From positions 4,096,001 through 4,160,000 of the forward strand of contig OZ250169.1 of NCBI GenBank assembly GCA_965237955.1: a DNA stretch of 64,000 bases. The letters run 5' to 3'. This DNA comes from Candidatus Marinacidobacterales bacterium. GTDB taxonomy: Bacteria > Acidobacteriota > Vicinamibacteria > Marinacidobacterales > SMYC01. The notes under the pieces are model-generated. The model saw only the letters and a list, made by a program, of their open reading frames with translations. It had not been told where the DNA came from and ran no database searches. Below, in pieces: positions 61,183-64,000 of the stretch; positions within the stretch are counted from its first letter, which is position 1, and each line of letters starts with the position of its first letter. The position numbers and the translations under genes were made by a program.

Positions 61183-62856
61183 CTATTCGAAAATATTTTC
61201 CATTTGCCAGGCATCAAGAGATATTAACTGAGCATCTCTGCCTTGCGCCCTCAGCGATACACCGAGACTATCGTCGCGCCCCGGGTACGCACGGACAGCG
61301 ACCACCTGCCTGCCATTCACAAACACTTCAACCACGCTGCGATCGACGAACACCCGCAGCTTCAAAGGTTCGTTTTCCTTCAGGAAAACTGAAGCCGTTT
61401 CTGGTGGCCGTGAAAGCGCCTCAGGCAAGGTAGATGAATTAGAGGTATCTATGGAAATAGCACTGTACTGGGGGATTTGACATACTCCTGCGATGTGATC
61501 GTGGGGGCGATCTCTGTTACTAAAGCCACGATCCCTGTAAAACATAATGCGGGTGTATTCTTGTTTTTCGGGTGAGCGCAACACGTCCATCTCAATCATC
61601 GCTGCGTCTTTAGGGTCTATTTCCGCGATCAACTCCATGGCATTACCCTTGACCTCTTCGAACACAACCTCTTCATTGGCAGGAAGTCTCGTCTCGCCAA
61701 CAACGTGGTGCTCACGACGAAGTGATTCGATATCTCCGGCTGGTTCTTGCAAGAGAAGATCCTCTCCCTCAAGGATCAAACGACGCGGCAAGGTCATTAA
61801 CCGATCCCAAGTTTTGAGTGGCTTACCCTGATTCATATTAAATATCGCGATCACACTCCTGGGATCATTCGGATCTGGGGAAGCCGATGGGGCATGGACC
61901 CCGGCTGGATGCACAGCACCATGGTTAAAGTCGCCGCCACCAGTGACAAAGAACTTATCTTTTTCCGTGTCATAGTCACCAATCATGTATTTGCCGCCGC
62001 TCATATGACTGAAGTACAACAATATATGTTTACCACTGTCGCCAATCGGCCAGAAATAGGGGCAGGCGCCGTCGTCACCCACTAAGGAGTAGCGATCATT
62101 TTCTACAAAGGGGTGCATATATTCCCAGCTTTTCAGGTCTTTCGATTTCAATAGAGATTGGAGTCGAACACGCTTGCCGCCAGGACCGGTTGCTTGTGCT
62201 CCCGTAAGTAGCGTGTAGTAGATACCGTCTTTCTTCCAAATATTTGGATCGGAAATGGGGTGAGGCGGCTTGGGCTCACCGTCTTTAGGAAAGGGAATCA
62301 CGGCTTGACCGGTGAGTTTGTCCCAATTAAGTAACAGCGGATCGTCCGAGGTGGCCACCATGGTTCCAGCGTCAACCCCGTGATACATGGCAATGACACG
62401 ATCCTCTTCCACATAGGCTGAACCGGAATACACCTTGGATTCTGGGTTGGGGTAGATCGCGTAGGGCAAATCGCGCCAGTGAACCAAATCCGTACTGACC
62501 GCATGTCCCCAGTGCTGGCGAGGGTCTTCGGGAGGATAAGCCTGATAGAACAGATGCCAGCGCCCCTGCCAATAACTTAAACCATTGGGATCGTTTAGTT
62601 TGTATTCGGGGCTTGTGAAATGGTAGTAAGGGCGATGAGGGTCTTCCTCCATCAACTTTTTACGCGACTCGGTGAAGCGTTTGAGTAAAGGGTTATCCGC
62701 TAATTCCTTTTCCTGCTCCGCCAGGGTTTCAGAAAACGTATACTGCGGCACCTTGGAGGTATAGTCTTCTTGGGCAAAATTCTGTTGAGATAGTGCCAAG
62801 CTCATTGCGGTCACTAAACCCAAGGACACTCGACGACGATTGAATTTGTTTTTCAT
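61183..62856 (-). CDS. GH32 beta-fructofuranosidase-like protein
   Basis: LNDPNG, WGHAVSTDLVHW, SGSA, VDRSVVEVF; lower GC than flanks. Confidence 0.88.
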   Translation of the reverse strand: MKNKFNRRRVSLGLVTAMSLALSQQNFAQEDYTSKVPQYTFSETLAEQEKELADNPLLKRFTESRKKLMEEDPHRPYYHFTSPEYKLNDPNGLSYWQGRWHLFYQAYPPEDPRQHWGHAVSTDLVHWRDLPYAIYPNPESKVYSGSAYVEEDRVIAMYHGVDAGTMVATSDDPLLLNWDKLTGQAVIPFPKDGEPKPPHPISDPNIWKKDGIYYTLLTGAQATGPGGKRVRLQSLLKSKDLKSWEYMHPFVENDRYSLVGDDGACPYFWPIGDSGKHILLYFSHMSGGKYMIGDYDTEKDKFFVTGGGDFNHGAVHPAGVHAPSASPDPNDPRSVIAIFNMNQGKPLKTWDRLMTLPRRLILEGEDLLLQEPAGDIESLRREHHVVGETRLPANEEVVFEEVKGNAMELIAEIDPKDAAMIEMDVLRSPEKQEYTRIMFYRDRGFSNRDRPHDHIAGVCQIPQYSAISIDTSNSSTLPEALSRPPETASVFLKENEPLKLRVFVDRSVVEVFVNGRQVVAVRAYPGRDDSLGVSLRAQGRDAQLISLDAWQMENIFE

Positions 62857-63027
62857 TATGCTACCCAGAATTGTTCTTCCTTCGGAAAACAGCAATCTTC
62901 TCGCTCTCATTACCCGTTTGATAAAAAACCGCTATCACCGATGAATACCCAGATCACCGCACCCTGTTGCGCAGGCGGACGAGTTTTGACGAGGGACCGG
63001 TCGACAAACCACGCGACACGCCTTGCG

Positions 63028-63975
63028 CTAATCGTGCCGGTACACAATTCCATCCTTCATGACAAAGGACACGTGTTTTAGCGCCTGGATATCCTCGAGG
63101 GGATTCTCCAGCGTGGCGATGATGTCGGCGGCCATACCGGGTCGGATGGCGCCACGCACGTCCGCCACGTCGAGCAACCGCGCGGCGTTTACGGTCATGG
63201 CTCGCAGTATGTCCTTGGCGGGGATCTCGGCTTCGTCCCAGGCGTCTATGGCCCCCATGGCGGTTTCTCCCTTTGTGAATCCGGGGGTGAGCCTCAGGAT
63301 ATCGGCGCCATACGCCATGTCGACCCCGATGCGGTAGGCTCGTGTCAACCGGTCGATGATCGACTCGACTTGGTTGGGATGGCTTAGCTCGTTATGCGGG
63401 TCAGGTCCGAACGCGAGCTCGCAGCCCACGAGAACAATTCCTTTCTCCTTGGTCAACTCCAGCAATTCATCGCTCATCTCGTAGCCGTGCTCGATGGAGT
63501 CGGCGCCTCCTTCGATAGCGTGACGCGCTCCCCTCTCGGTCAAAGCGTGGGCAGCCACCTTGACTCCCGCCGCGTGCGATTCTTCCACGATGAACTGGAT
63601 GTCCTCCACGGAATAGAGGTATGGGTAGTCATCGATGATGATCTTGATCCACGTCGCTCCGTAGTGGATGTTCTGGCGGATGGCGTCGCGTAACTGATCG
63701 CGGGTGTCGGCGTAGAAATAGTCGACCAGCCCCACGTCGGGTTGGTCGGGGTTGAGGCGGAACTGCCCCCCGAAAGGCGCGAGGATCTTGCCGGAAATGA
63801 ACATCGTCGGACCGAGCGCCCTGCCGGTTCGCCCCATACCGGCGTCTACCCAGTTTCGCGTTCTTCCAGCGGGTCTCGGGCCCCTGCTGCGAACCGCAGA
63901 AGCATTGAGGAAGCGTAGGAGTGCGGCATCCGCAAAATGTCCAGAATTTCCCAGATCGCGTATGGTTGTAAACCC
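63028..63975 (-). CDS. Amidohydrolase (Xaa-Pro dipeptidase-like), 5' partial or frameshifted
   Basis: WIKI, VAAHA, SIEHG, TVNAARLL, GMAADIIA, FVMKDG. Confidence 0.75.
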   Translation of the reverse strand, partial: GFTTIRDLGNSGHFADAALLRFLNASAVRSRGPRPAGRTRNWVDAGMGRTGRALGPTMFISGKILAPFGGQFRLNPDQPDVGLVDYFYADTRDQLRDAIRQNIHYGATWIKIIIDDYPYLYSVEDIQFIVEESHAAGVKVAAHALTERGARHAIEGGADSIEHGYEMSDELLELTKEKGIVLVGCELAFGPDPHNELSHPNQVESIIDRLTRAYRIGVDMAYGADILRLTPGFTKGETAMGAIDAWDEAEIPAKDILRAMTVNAARLLDVADVRGAIRPGMAADIIATLENPLEDIQALKHVSFVMKDGIVYRHD

Positions 63976-64000
63976 GTTGAAAAGAAACGATTGAGCACTG

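Overview
GC-rich bacterial DNA; gene content suggests a heterotrophic Acidobacteriota/Vicinamibacteria-like organism (inference only). The window is strongly mosaic. A mostly intact block (about 10.2-20.7 kb) holds SixA, a PAP2 phosphatase, a Thr/Ser dehydratase, a non-phosphorylative L-fucose catabolic/ABC operon, a PfkB kinase and a radical SAM gene. Around it lie catabolic genes (amidases, sulfatases, three sortilin/VPS10-like proteins, GH2, GH32, SelA-like PLP enzymes, a PIG-L deacetylase), many of them frameshifted, truncated or internally deleted. The mobilome is dense: three near-identical IS5/IS903-like copies, an IS1182 carrying an AbrB-fold gene, two IS21, an ISL3, IS1-like and rve-integrase remnants, an IS630-type MITE, integron attC sites, HicAB and VapC/Phd toxin-antitoxin pairs. 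The most notable signals are an unannotated 24-aa Lys/Ala peptide gene with its own promoter, structured leader and terminator; the AbrB-carrying IS1182; a CuA-cupredoxin/beta-barrel fusion between two DUF3179 genes; an integrase-less cassette remnant; and symmetric bidirectional leaderless promoters. No rRNA, tRNA or CRISPR array was seen. All family calls come from motif recognition by eye, not from database searches.
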